Assembly: GCA_000320545.1 (NCBI GenBank)
Contig: ADNK01003292.1
Coordinates: forward strand, 1-64,000
DNA length: 64,000 nt
Origin: Bigelowiella natans CCMP2755
Taxonomy: Eukaryota; Protista; Cercozoa
Direction: 5' to 3'
The notes beneath the pieces are model-generated. The model was not told where the DNA came from and made no database searches. It saw nothing but the letters and a program-made list of their open reading frames with translations. Below are positions 12,816-26,000 of the stretch, piece by piece. Position 1 is the first letter of the stretch, and every line of letters starts with the position of its first letter. Position numbers and translations under genes: made by a program.

Positions 12816-14367
12816 CAGGTAAGTCATGATACAGCAAATGAACATTATGCCCTTGGTCCTCCTTATCTTCTACACCGTGAGGACGCCAAGAAGGTCCCCC
12901 CCCCCCCCCCCCCCTCTCTCTCGTGTGTCTACTGCCTCTCTTCATCTCACAACCATGCTAATAATTATGGGGTATGAATAGTTGTAGTTTGCGCAAGTAC
13001 CTAATATGTTCAATCATTGGATGTGTTGGTGTTGCTGACTGCAATGTTTTCAATTTCCTGCTCGATAAGGTGTTTGATGCTTGGGCAAAGTTCGTAATTA
13101 AGGTGCCATTAGCGTTATGAGTAGTATTAGTAGCAGCAGCAGAAGTAGTAGTAGTAGTAGTCGTCATCGTCGTCATCGTCGGAGTAGTAGCGCGGTATTA
13201 ATAGCGGGGAAATGAATGTATTAGGCATTTGTCCTCTGATGAATAAGAAACAACGACGGCAACAACAACGCCCAGAAGAAGCAAAATCCAACGCTCCGTT
13301 GTGCTGTATAATGCATATATACAATAGGTGAGGGAGGTCCAAGGGCGGTCAGTTGCTGATATGCTCTCGGAGATGTTTGCGTAATTCCCCCCCCCCCCCC
13401 CCCACCCTCTACTACTACGAGCACATCTAGACTTCGTTCATGCACACATGACTTCGATATATACAGACATTGGAGGTGGGGAGGGGGGGGGAGGGAAGAA
13501 AGAGAGAAAGGGGGGAGAGGGGGAGAATGCTCTTTCTCATTGCCTAACAATAATGTTGTTGTCAGGTATTGCTTAGGAGCCGCACATCATGAGCTACCGC
13601 ATGATAGATTAGACCATTTCATGGTGTCGAATCATCGGGTAAGTGCCATTCCGCACATCAATACTTACCGCTCCTGTGCTGCGATATTGCCCTCCCAATC
13701 ATCATTTGTTACCGTGCCGGAGATGCGCCCCTCCTCCGCAGCTTCCACACGACTCACGATGAGATCCAAAAATAGGCTGATGGAGAGGCGTGGGAGTTCA
13801 TCGATAAACTTGAAGAGTATTCTAACTTCAACCCTTGCATGGGGCCTCAGGTATTACTCTCATCATCATCATCATCATCATCATTATTATTATTATTAGT
13901 AGTAGTAGTAGTAATACGTTTCTCTCCTCTTCCGCAAGGAGGAGGCGGAGACGGGGGAGATGTGTGTTTGCCGTTTTGAGCTGTAGCGATAGGAAGAGAG
14001 AATTCGTTTCAATATTCTTAGCCTGAAACACAATACTATCTGCATATCTATTTATCTTAACGATGAAGCTATATGAAGTTGTCTTCTTCGTCTCAATTAA
14101 CAATGTCTGAAGGTGCCACCACCTGATGCCGCACTACCGCTGCTCGTCCACTACCCGGGAGAGGTCATTCCTTACATCGATCCAGGAATGGGGGGTTGGA
14201 AGTTCCACAAGAAGCACATGCCCCAGAATATCTACGATTGTAAAGCGAAGATCCCAGGCTGGACAAGTGACGACGGTTTGAAGCAAACAACGATGACTGA
14301 TTACACCACATCGCTGCTACACGCTGGGAATTTTCCCCCCTTTTTTTTTTAGTGAAGTCTCATTCTG

Positions 14368-14434
<67 letters not shown>

Positions 14435-16024
14435 TTCAAATAATTGTGTTTACACTACTTCTTAACGCCGAATCGTATTTCTACTCATGCGTGTGTGGGG
14501 GTGCGGGAGGGCGTGTACTGTTCGGTACTGAAACGATAGTAGTTTAGTCGTGATTCAATGCGATTTCTTTTTGCGGAGTAGCAGCAGCAGATCAACGAAA
14601 TACACCGTAGACTTCGTCGTTCGATACATCTAATCGACTCTCTCTCCTGCACCAGATTTTCCCAATTTTGCTGTCTGCATCTCAACCCTCCCCCCCCCCC
14701 CCATCCCCTCCCTCACGTAGGAAGAGGCCCTGTGACGGTAACGCCAGAACAGATATGGACTCAAGCTACCAGCCCTTCGTCTAAGTGTTCCAACAAACAT
14801 CAGGTGTGTGTTTTGTTAGCCTGGAGATATGATGAGACTACTGGTAGTGATACCGACAACGACGATGATGATGATGATGAGGATTCTGGTGGTGGTGGTG
14901 GTGGTGGTGATAATGCAATCATTACCACCTTCTTCACCATCGTCATCATCATCATCATCATAATCTTAATATTGCGTGACAAAAAAGGAAACCGATTGCA
15001 AGCGACAGGCATGGGTCGCGTGCTACGTGCAGAAAACGATCCAGCAGTCAATTTTAGCCTACAAAGCCAAATTTTGCAAGCCTGGCTATTCCGTTGAGCT
15101 CGATGGCAGCCTCCTGCACCCCGCTGTGATGCATGTCAAGGTGTTATTACATTCATCATATGGAGAGGGGAAGAGTACCTTGGGCGGTGGGTTGTTTGCG
15201 AAGAAGCAGAACGTGTGCGATCCGAAAAGAAATCTCTTTCCCGCGTTTTTCTCTATCTTCTGTCGCCTTTGTGAGGGGGGGGGAGAGGGGGAGGTTAAGC
15301 ACACGATTCGTTCTCAGTAGAAATCACTTGGAACAGTACTTGCAAGCAAATAAACCCTTATTTTTCCTTCTTTCTGTCATCATCGACAACAACTCAACAA
15401 CAACTACAACTACCACTACTACTGCTGCTGCTGCTGCTGCTGCTACTCACAACAATAAGGTCGACCCATACGGCGCTCCTCTGTCCGGAACGAAGCAAAC
15501 ACGGGAGGGGCTGAAGGATAAATACGCCGGGGAAGACGGCTCCAAGGAATACCATAAAAAGCTGCAACGTGAAAGGGCTTTTGCTGTTGCTAGCGGTGGT
15601 GTATCTGCCAGCAGTAGTTCCGATAATAGTCCCGTCGCTGCTGCAGCTGCTAGTAGTAGTAGCAGTAGTAGTAGCAGTAGTAGTAGTGGCTTGTTCTCCA
15701 AGATTATCGGGGATGACAAGGTGAGGTGGAAGTGGGTGGGGTGAGGAGTGATAGGGTACACAAGCAAGTTCCATCAACCCACTTTTGTCATGTCGTTAGA
15801 CCAATCTATCAACAATAGGCCGGACATGTTTCTCGTCATCTGCATCAGCACGCTTCTTCATTCTCCCCTCCCTCACTCTTTTTCATCAGTTTGCATTCCA
15901 AGATGAGGACGACGACGGCGACAACACGATGGCTTATGCTGTAGTACTGCTCCCGGCTTTGTGCGGAATTTGTCTTTTAGTGTACAAGGCTTTCCATGGA
16001 ACAAAAGAAGGTAAAACGGCATAG
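11170..16024 (+). CDS. Peptidyl-serine alpha-galactosyltransferase / hydroxyproline O-arabinosyltransferase-like glycosyltransferase (SGT1/HPAT-like), multi-exon, with C-terminal TM; start uncertain (possible ATG at 11062)
   Basis: HIVFSTDCSGYQNWQ, GHITRIVSNC, PYYNKPLGVDHW, DxD motif VLLDPDMVFVQPI, GHPVGQQYLIG, YALGPPYLLH, YCLGAAHHELPH, WKFHKKHMPQNIYDC. The last exon carries a TM and ends HGTKEGKTA* at 16024. Confidence 0.8.
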
Positions 16025-16644
16025 AGTTTTACACGTCAATCTAGCGCCGTTCCCTCGCTAAACCATATAAACTTCAGCAATTCCTGCTGCCATTCATACT
16101 TGCAACTTGCTTTGACTTTGAAGAGCACCGGAATTTTCCCTCTCTAGCTCTGTGCGCCAACATTTTGCGCAGATTTCAAATTCTCAATAAAAATATGTTG
16201 TCAAGCAGTAAAGGTTCAGGCCATGCAGGGAGCAGAATGAGAGTATCGCAGCACGATCATCAAATGCGCTGGCGCTACTCAATGTATATCGGCGGAAATT
16301 TTCGCACGCGCGGGGACTCATCATCATTACTAGATTGTTTCCCAGCGCAATATCATGCATCGACATGCGCGTTGTCTGCGGCCGTGCCTAGGTGCCTATG
16401 TGCGTTAATATGCACGCATGCATGTATGTTCATGCGGCCCGGCTGTAGTATCGCATACTGGCAAACGAGTGCGATGCATTTGCTTTGAGATGCATTGAGC
16501 TTACATTTTGTTACACATGATGTGCATGTTTGTCAGTAGCTAGTAGTATGCACCGTGTAGGCTATTTACATACCACACACAGATACGGGGCAAGATAAGT
16601 GTATTAATAGTTCAACTTTTTGCACTGCTGCGATAGAGCGAGGA

Positions 16645-17058
16645 CTAATGGAAATAATTAACCCAATCTGGGTAGCAGTAGGCCTCCCACACGTCATCAC
16701 TCCCCACATCGAGAAGGGACAAAAGAGTCCGTGACTTCAGCCCTTCCTCCCCGTACGTTTGTCTATCTTCTACTCTATCACAGAAGTTTTCTGAGGGAAT
16801 CCAGAGATTATCTGGCTTTGAATCATCGTGGTGAAGCTGGAGCTCGTCCATCAATAATGCCCTGAGCATCGCTTTCTTATCCAACAACTTGGCTCCCACT
16901 TCGCCTTTAGAGTCTTCTTTTGTCTCACTTCTAGAGTTCATATAGACGATGAGCCTGGCCTGAATCTTATTCTTGTTGTTCTTCTGGTTCGCTAAGATTA
17001 GCCGCAGATTTTTACGATCTAGAAAGAAGCCATTGTTAGTCGAAACCCCATAAGCATT

Positions 17059-17156
<98 letters not shown>

Positions 17157-17683
17157 TACACACACACACACACACCTTGACGCTGCTCTGGATCTAGAGT
17201 GAGATAACCACTCATGTCAATGACGTATACTATGTAATTGAACGACACAGAGTCTGTGAAAACTGTCCACATGTTGCTTTGAATCTCCGATCCTCCAGGA
17301 TCTACGAACTCGTAAGTCTTGAAGGGGCTAAAAGAGATGACCTCATAGTTGTAGCCTGCAGTATGTGAAAGGAGGTGAATGCTAGCTTCTATCTTTTATT
17401 TAGTAGTTTAGCGAGGCAACCTCGAGTGGGGAGTTTTTTCGAACTAAAGGGTAGATTCGAGTGCATATTGTATAGTAACGATGTCTTCCCACAACCTGAA
17501 TAAGAAAAGAGGTTCATGTAATTCTGACAGTCGCTGACAAACAACATAAAAGGCAATCATACCCTTCTTGCCAAGTAGAATTACGCGCTTTTCAGGTTTA
17601 ACCCAGCAGAAACTGCAACAGAAACGTCTAGCTATGACAGCGAAACATCCGCCACATTTTGGAAAAGATCGGCAGCACCCCAT
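16645..17683 (-). CDS. Arf-like small GTPase with divergent G3/G4 motifs; exons 17683-17563, 17495-17421, 17355-17176, 17018-16645
   Basis: Spliced product: MGCCRS... N-terminus, P-loop ILLGKKGCGKTSLL, PTRGYNYEVI, FVDPGGSEIQSNMW, IVYVIDMS. All introns are GT-AG and in frame. Confidence 0.85.
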
Positions 17684-18741
17684 GATCAACGTTTCTTCAA
17701 CAGAAGCTGTCCTAGTCAGAAGAAGAAAGTAACATATCCAATATCAGTCATAATCTATCTTGGAGTTATCAATGACGGCAGCAACGCTTCAGTTCGACCA
17801 CATTTATCATATCATCACGATCCAATTCTTAGTGAGGTAATATGAACTCATAGCATGTGTCTACCTATGCTCTAGAGTCACGCCTTTTCCCTATCCAAAT
17901 CGTCTGCGGTTGCCTCAGCTCAGCTAGGTCGCTCTTGGGGACAATTCAAGATCCTCTGGGCAAAAGAAAACGACAAGGTTTCCTCCTTGCCGAGAAATAA
18001 AAATCACCTATATTTTGTATCAGTTTCCTTGATCAGTTGTTCGCCACTGTTTGCGTATTCTTGCACATAGCACATCGTTTCAACAGAAATTCCCTCTATT
18101 TCCTCGCTCATTCGGTATAAGTTTCAGTTGCAGCAGTTGCATGAGACGTAATGTAAAATTATCATGCCTTTTTGAATATTAAGGAAGATATCCGGGATAT
18201 CTGCTTAACATAATAGAAATTTTGACCCGTTGCTTTTAGGAACAATGCATAAAATATAAACGACATTGATTTTGGGATGTCGTCATAATATTTCACATTT
18301 CTTTTTGAAGTGAGGACAGATTCTTCGTCATCCTTGACACTTAAAAAAATTAGGTTCGTTTTTGGTAACAGATGTCGAAACGGGGTTGAGACGAAGGATG
18401 CCGTTGCAATTTTGTATACGTCAAGCATGATAATATGTCGCACTATAATTTTATACGATATTTTTACCATAATCGGTGGGTTTGCCCCTCATCCAAAACC
18501 TCACAAGAAAACTACTAGCAAGAAGAGGTGGTGTGTGGAATGGAGCATTTGTGCGTGTTATGTACCCCCTGCTGTCAACAGTTAAACTTGAAGACCTTTG
18601 TTGCAACGTATCATTTATAATCTGTATCTGTTATTTTTTGTTTTTTGTTTCATCTTCATAGCCTTTAGGGGACGGAAGCTTACAAACCAGTACTTTGTCC
18701 CGAAGTGCTTATGCTCCTGTGAGTAAGGCGAGACTAGAAAA

Positions 18742-20055
18742 ATGTCATTTCGCGGCTCCAGGAAGTCCCAAGCTATCCGGGAGCAGAACACGAAGAGGAG
18801 GGCGGCGGGATCCTCATCGAATTCAAAGCGCACTGTTAAGATGAAAAACAGTTCAATGTCGAGGAAAGCAGCAACGGGTGTGTCCTCTATCTGACCGATA
18901 GCTTATGTTAAATATAGTTACCAAAACCTGGCGATAATATTTTTCCTTACAATTTTGGTTTAATAGGCTCTGATCCTCGTATAATTGAGTTCATAGATCA
19001 GTCCAATGGTCGTCAGTTCGACTCAAAGGTGTCTCATTCAGTGTTATGTGCCAAAGATTGTTGTATGTCTAATATGGATTCCCATCATCATCATCATCAT
19101 CATCATCTTCTTCTTCTTCTTCATAGGTTCCAATTAGACAGCCTCTGTTCGAAGCCACCCCTGCGGAAATCAATATTCAGGAATACGACCCTTTTGGAGT
19201 TTATAAAATCAAAATCCATTTGAGGAATAGGGATAAGGTACCTAGGGAACTGTTTAAAATATAGGGTTTCCTTTTTATCCCACTGCATTCAATCGTTGTA
19301 ACAATGGATCCCTTTCAAGGTTGCTCGTCGCGTCCAAATAGCGGACCCGAACTCCCATTATTTTTCTCTTTCAACGAAGCGAAACGTCAAGAATAAGGTC
19401 AAAATGATGAATTCATGTAATTATTACCTGAGCCATGGAAGCAAACTTAACATCGTTACAAAATTTAGATTGCACCGATGATGGAGATTCTATACACATT
19501 AACCTTCAAGCCACGCAAGAAGAAGGTCATATTGGGCATTTGTTGATGTAGACACAAACAGGCGCACGCACGCTCAAGCACAAACATACACATATTATAT
19601 TAATGGTAAAAAATGTAAATCAGGACTATGAGGTGGATTTAATTGTAATGACTGAACGTGAGAAATTCGTGATTCCGGTGCGAGCGACGGGGGACAGGGC
19701 TTTCCTCACTGTCCCAGAAGAGGTACATGCAATGTACAAGATAACCCTTCGCCATACTAATGAATGTTTTCGCTTGCCTTGGTGGCTTCTCAGATAAACT
19801 TCTTCGACTGTCCTGTGTATCATAAATCGGAGCGCACATTCCTTCTCAATAACACTGGGCCAAAGGTTGTGAGTATACTACATTCTACGTCTAATCGATA
19901 CTGATAAACTTTTATGTGCTCTTTTTCAGGATACAGCATATCGCATTGATACCACACCTCCTTTCTCGGTATCCCCATCTTCGGGCAATTTGTCTAAAGG
20001 CGAGGGAGTGAGCGTGTCTGTCAGCTTTAATCCGCCCTTAGATCACAAGTAAAAA

Positions 20056-20096
<41 letters not shown>

Positions 20097-23000
20097 TATA
20101 TATACAACAAATAATATTATGACGTTAAAATATACGTGCATAAGATACACATACATTACACACTGGTCCTCCTCCTAACATCGTGCTTCTTCTTCTTCTT
20201 CTTCTTCTTCTTCTTCTTCTTCTTCTTCTTCTTCTTCTTCTCTTTCTTCTTTTTCGTATTGTAATCGTGTCACCTGAACAAGGTTCACTGGCCAGTTAGT
20301 TGTCAACATAGGAGACAACCAACGCTTGTACTCGCGGGTAATTGGTACGGGTCGATGCTTGGATATCGGTATATCAGCACAAAGCCTCACTGCGCCCACC
20401 ACGTATATATACCTCAAGTCTCATACGACACTCGAGATCCGCAACAATGGTGACATGCCGGTGGAATTTGAGTGGAAGAATATACTAAGCCGTTCTGCTG
20501 AGTACGAAAAACGGAGGCAGATAGAGCAGGATTTACAGAAAAGAGAGGAGGAAGAGCTAGAGATTCTTGACGCGAATGTTGGAAACGATGATGGTAGTGA
20601 CGTCTCCTCTGACGAGGAAACTGATCATGAGTACAAGTGGTTGGTTGCTCGCCAAGAATTGACACGCAAGTATAAGAGTCTGAGAGAGGAGTCTCTAAAA
20701 AATTTCCAATTTGAACACAAAAACTTCACGGTGGATCCCATTAAAGGTGAGGTGTTCCCCGGTGGCGTCCGCGAGGTTACCTTCACATTCATACCCGACA
20801 ATGCTGTAAGCTTCAAGGCGCAGGCTGTGCTACAAGTCGACGGAATGTTGGAGCGCGTTCCAGTCACGTTAAAAGGGGCAGGACTCGGACCGAAGGCAAA
20901 GTTTCTCTTTGATAGCTTAGACGTGGGGAAAGTGTACATCAACGCAGTTCACAATTACAGCATCGAGCTAGAGAACATTGGTCAGATCGACGTAGACTAT
21001 CATTTTGAGACCATGGAGGGATCGAGATTTAGCTGTAATCCCACTCAGGGCAAGCTTGGTCGTATCCCCGACAACACCGCAAGTATCCTATTCACTTTCT
21101 CCGCGGACAAGAAAGGCAAGTTCGAAGAAACTGTCAAGTGCTGGTTAAAGGGCAATCAGGAACCCTTAACGATCACGCTAAAAGGCGTGGTGATAGGGCC
21201 TACGTTCTTCTTCGAACAGAAAATGCTGGACTGGGGAAATGTCAGCTACGGATTTCTCAGGACGAAAGAGGTCTCAATAGTGAACTCCAGTGAAATCCCA
21301 ATGCGATTCAGTCTCAGGGTACCTGAAGATGAGAAGTACATGCAGAGAGAGTTTAAGATGGTGCCTCCCACTGGCCAGATTCTACCCAATGATACGGGCA
21401 AGGTCCGTGTCGACTTCGTGCCGCAGACGAAGAAGAAGTACAACGGTTACAACCTATCAATCGATGTAGACGGTGTGGGGAAAAACCTCAAGTCCATCCC
21501 TATGTTTGCGAATTGCAAAGTCCCAGAATTCGTGCCGGGGGTCAAGGAGATAGACTTCGGCGAGATCTTTCGTGACTATCCATACACTCAACCCTTGCCG
21601 CTTCTAAACTCAAACGAATTGCCAGGTCGCTTTGAAGTAAAGGGTCAGCAAGAAATCACAGAAAAGCTGGCAAAGGTGAAGTTCAATGTGAATGCCGGCT
21701 CCGTTCCCGCTGACTCCGAGTTGGAGCTCAAATGCACTATCCTTGGTCGCACCCTCGGCGCGCATGAAATCCCAATCTCCATGCGGATTCCGGGATCCTC
21801 CAAGATGCCTACCGTGATGATCAGGGCGGTAGTCATTGGACCGAAGGTTAGTTAGTACAGTAGTGATAGGAGATATCAACTTGGGATATGCTGAGGGGGA
21901 GGACAAAGCAATGTGTGCCAGTATTCATTTTTACAGAGAAGGGAGAGGAGGGGGGGGGTTGAGAACGAGAACAAGTGGCGACTGATACATTTCTTGTTTA
22001 CATTTCATCTTATATATCTTCAGGTATCTCTAGATAAAACCAGGGTGACTTGGAAGAAAATCGAAGTCTTAAAACCCAACACACAGACAATAACTCTGAA
22101 AAACTTGTCTTTGATTCCCGCAAACTACAAGGCATTCGTGCGCAAGAAGAAATCTTGCTTCAGGATCAATGTCTCCCAAGGCAAAATTGAACCGAACGGA
22201 AGTCTCGAAGTTCAGGTGACGGCCATCCTAGACGACTTCAATGTGACGATAAAGGATCGGCTGATGATTGTCATCGAGGACGGCAAGATCATCGACATCC
22301 CCTTGGTAGCCACGGGTGTCGGGTCTACAATCCAATGCAAGGAAAACATCGAAACGGTTGATATGGGCCACGTGTTTACTGTTGACAAGGCCCGCCAAAG
22401 GTTCGAGTTTCAAAACCGCGGGCGAAGACAGCATCAGCTCATGTGGCATTACGTAGACCCGCATGCGGAGGAAAAGAAGAAGGAAAAGGACAAAGGAAAC
22501 AATAACTCCAATGCTGAAGAGGAAGTGATTCACACCACGTTTAACATAAAGCCTGAGAAGGTTATTCTAAAGCCAAACATGGCGATCCAGTTTCAAGTTG
22601 ACGGCAAATGTGGCAAGCCCGGCGTTAAGGCCGAGCAATGGAAATGTATGGCTTTGGTGCAGGGAAGCAACAAGCCCATAGAAATCTACAACTCGACATT
22701 TACAGCCAACTTTGTCGTGCCCCTCCTCGAGTTCTCGGAGCCTGAATTGTCTTTCATACAACGATGCGAGCCGGGAGTCGAAACTGCACCTGGCAAGAAG
22801 CTTCTCTCTGTTAAGAACGTGTCGCCATTGCCGCTGGTGTTTTGGATGAAATGCCCGCCTCCTTTCAGCATCGACAGGCTCGAATATGAGCTCGGGCCTG
22901 GTGAAAGTGCGACATCGGAAATTTTATTCACTGCGAATCTAAGCGATGAGCGGCAGTCACTGAAGGTCAAAACCAACCTCACCATTACCTATCGCGACCA

Positions 23001-26000
23001 TACGCAAAAGGACAAGCTGCCTCTCCGTGGTGAAGTATGTTTCCCGAACCTCATATTTTCGGCACAACGCATTGACTTTGGTTGCGTTCTAAACGAAACG
23101 TCGAAGAAGATGCGCCTCCTGGTGACTAACGTGAGCAAGGTGGTGGCGTATTACAACTGGAGTTTCATGGCACCAGACGATCTTGCTTTCCAAGTGATCC
23201 AGGAGGATGCCAACGTAGAGGCAGAAGCCAAAAGCTCAGAGGGCCTGATTGCTTCCCATTCAGCTAATGAGATCTTCGACATCGTTCCTATCCGCGGTAG
23301 ACTTGACCCAGGGGAAAAGGAATGGATAGATTTCATCTTCTACGGCCATATGAACGCTTTGCATGAGGCAGTCGCAGTTTGCGAGGTATTAGGAGGCCCC
23401 GAGTACCAAATCTCGCTCAAAGGAGAAGCATCAGCGATGCTGTATACTCTAGAAAAGACAAGCCTGGACTTTGGGGAGCACGAGATGGAGTATAAGAAGG
23501 CGTATGATATTTACATTCAAAACGTCGGCAAAGTTGACTTCCCATTCAGCATCGATACCTCAACCCTCAAATTCCCTGCTTTCGCTGTGACACCGAGCAG
23601 AGGCACGCTGAAGGTTGGCCGCAAGAAGAGGCTGAATGTCCGATATCGTGGGGGAATTCCTGCTCAGTTGGAAGAGGTCTTTCGGCTTCGAGTTGCTTAC
23701 TTTAACCCCATAGAGATCAGCCTCACCGCCAAGGGTGTGTTCCCTCAAATTGTAACCGATTTGTCGCGTGATCCAGAGGACCAAAGCTACAAGCCGCGAT
23801 TGGAATATGCTACCGACACTATTCTGTTAAACATGTTCAACTCGTCCCCAGATATGTTGCTTGGCCAAACGCCATTGACAGGAGTGACTAGGGCCTCCAC
23901 TGCATCGAAAACTACCCGAAGAGCGATCATTCCAGTGAATCTGAGCCTTGAGCATATGCTTGTCAGGGAAGCTGATAGATTAGCTTATTTCGACTATTCT
24001 ACGAAAGATTTCTCCTCGGCGAACAAAGGAAAGAGGGGTGGTGGCAAAAAGCTCAACCCGGGAGCATTCACGGTTTCAAATTACCTAGTGGACTTCGGAC
24101 ACATCATCCTTGGCTCCAAGAAGACGGTCTCGTTCAACGTCACGAACGTGGGGACGATGCCTGCCCTTGTCGAGTATCAAAAGCGAGACATCGCCAATAC
24201 GATGTTTCACGTGCAAGGATCATCTCCTGCAGGTGTGCCTCCGGAGCATTCCTACAAGCTCAAGGTCATTTGCTCGCCCACACCTGGTGTCGACGAGGAA
24301 GGGGTAAGCATAGTGCATATGAAGCTAAAGGTGAAAAATGCTCCGGCCGTGAACATCCGTTTACGCGCCCTGGTGGAAGTCCCAGTTGTAGAGGTGTCGA
24401 CTCAGATGATTGACTTTGGTGAAGTCTACGCGGGAATGCGAAAGCACCAATTTCTCGTGCTGCGAAACAACAATCCCGTGCAAGCCAAGTGGGAGCTTCG
24501 AGTTGGTCGGTACAAGAACATCTTCAGCGTCACTCCGAACAAAGGCACGATTGCACCTAAGAGTAGCCTAACGGTCACGATATCTTTCTCCCCGAGAAGG
24601 AATGAGAATTACAAAACCAACGTCACTCTCGGTGTTAAGATGAACGACGAAACGACCACGATTATGTGCAAAGGAAGAGGTCTGGTAAAGGGCATAAGGA
24701 TCGAGCCAGACATGTTGAGTATGGGGCCGATGCTGCCATACAAGAGAAGCGAACCAAAGCTCGTCAAAGTGTACAACGATTCGGCCACTCCTATCGAAAT
24801 CATGTCACTCGACTTCGATGAGAAGCTGAAGGATGAAGACGAGGTTCTGAGCGGTATTGTAGGATATACAAATAATCGCCTATATCTTGAGCCGAGAAAG
24901 ATTGGCCAGTCACTGCCAGACAAACTCCTTCGGCAGTATAAGATCCAGAAACATGTAAATAAGCTTGAGGAGGAGGCACGGCGTGAGAAACAGAAAGCGG
25001 AGATTCTCGAGAGTGCATACGAGGCTCTTATGGCGTCCCCAGAGGATGCCAAAACCGCCCTAGAGCAAAAATCAGGCGAGGATGTGGATGCAGCTGGCCT
25101 GCATAGCTTACTTACTTCCAAATCGGTGTACATAACCAAAAAACAGGCAAAGGCATTGGTACAAAATCATCCCAGTGAAAACGGGCCAGAGTTTTTGAAT
25201 CTTAATGCTCTGGTGGAAGCCATCGCGGAAAGACTCAATACGTTAATTGGTGCTGGAGAAGAGGAAGGAGAAGACATTAAGGAAGACCAGAAGGCAGAAG
25301 AAGAGAAAGGTGATGGAGTGGTCGGGGAGCTTCAGATGGAGGAAGATGCGAATCAGGCAGAAGACCGCGAAGAAAAGATAGACACTTCAACGATGGATAG
25401 CCGCAACATCCTTATTGTGGGAGGGCCGAAGGCAGGTAAAACCACCCTTTCCCAGGGGATAGCATCTAGTCTCAACTTGGAGGATAAGCTCATCACACTC
25501 GACAAAGCCGTGGAATTCTTCCTCAACTTGCCTGATGAGCAGGTTGCCGAGGATGCCGATCCGAAAATCATCGAAAGACAGGAAATTAAGAAGAAAATCC
25601 TGCTTCAGATGGAGGGGAAGGACACGGCACGTTCCAAGGCAGAAGGAGAAGAGGCAAAAAGCGACGAGGTAGAAGAAAAGGATGGCGCGGAAGACAATGA
25701 GGAAGAAACAGCAGCAGAGCAAAAAGAGGAGAGTGAAGATAAGACAAACCCAAGTGCTGAAGAAAAGGAAGGTGATTCCCAACAACAGGAAGGCGAAAAG
25801 GAGAATGCGAGCGATTCTACATCTCCTGCTGAAGAAGAAAAAGATGTCGACCATGGCATCCTCGATGACAAACTAATCAACCACGAAGTGTTGGCTAAGG
25901 CGCTTTCGATTTATCTTTCTCTCTCTGTCAATGACCTGAGACACGACGATGTAGGGGCGCAGGGAGACGAAGCAGCTTCCCAGTATTTCTTCGAGGAAGG

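Noticed and set aside
18162-18661. Short ORFs between the ARL gene and Hydin
   Set aside because: AT-rich, no recognisable domain, no consistent splice pattern found.
25400-25530. Separate adenylate kinase gene (GGPKAGKT)
   Set aside because: In frame within Hydin, which is known to contain such a region.
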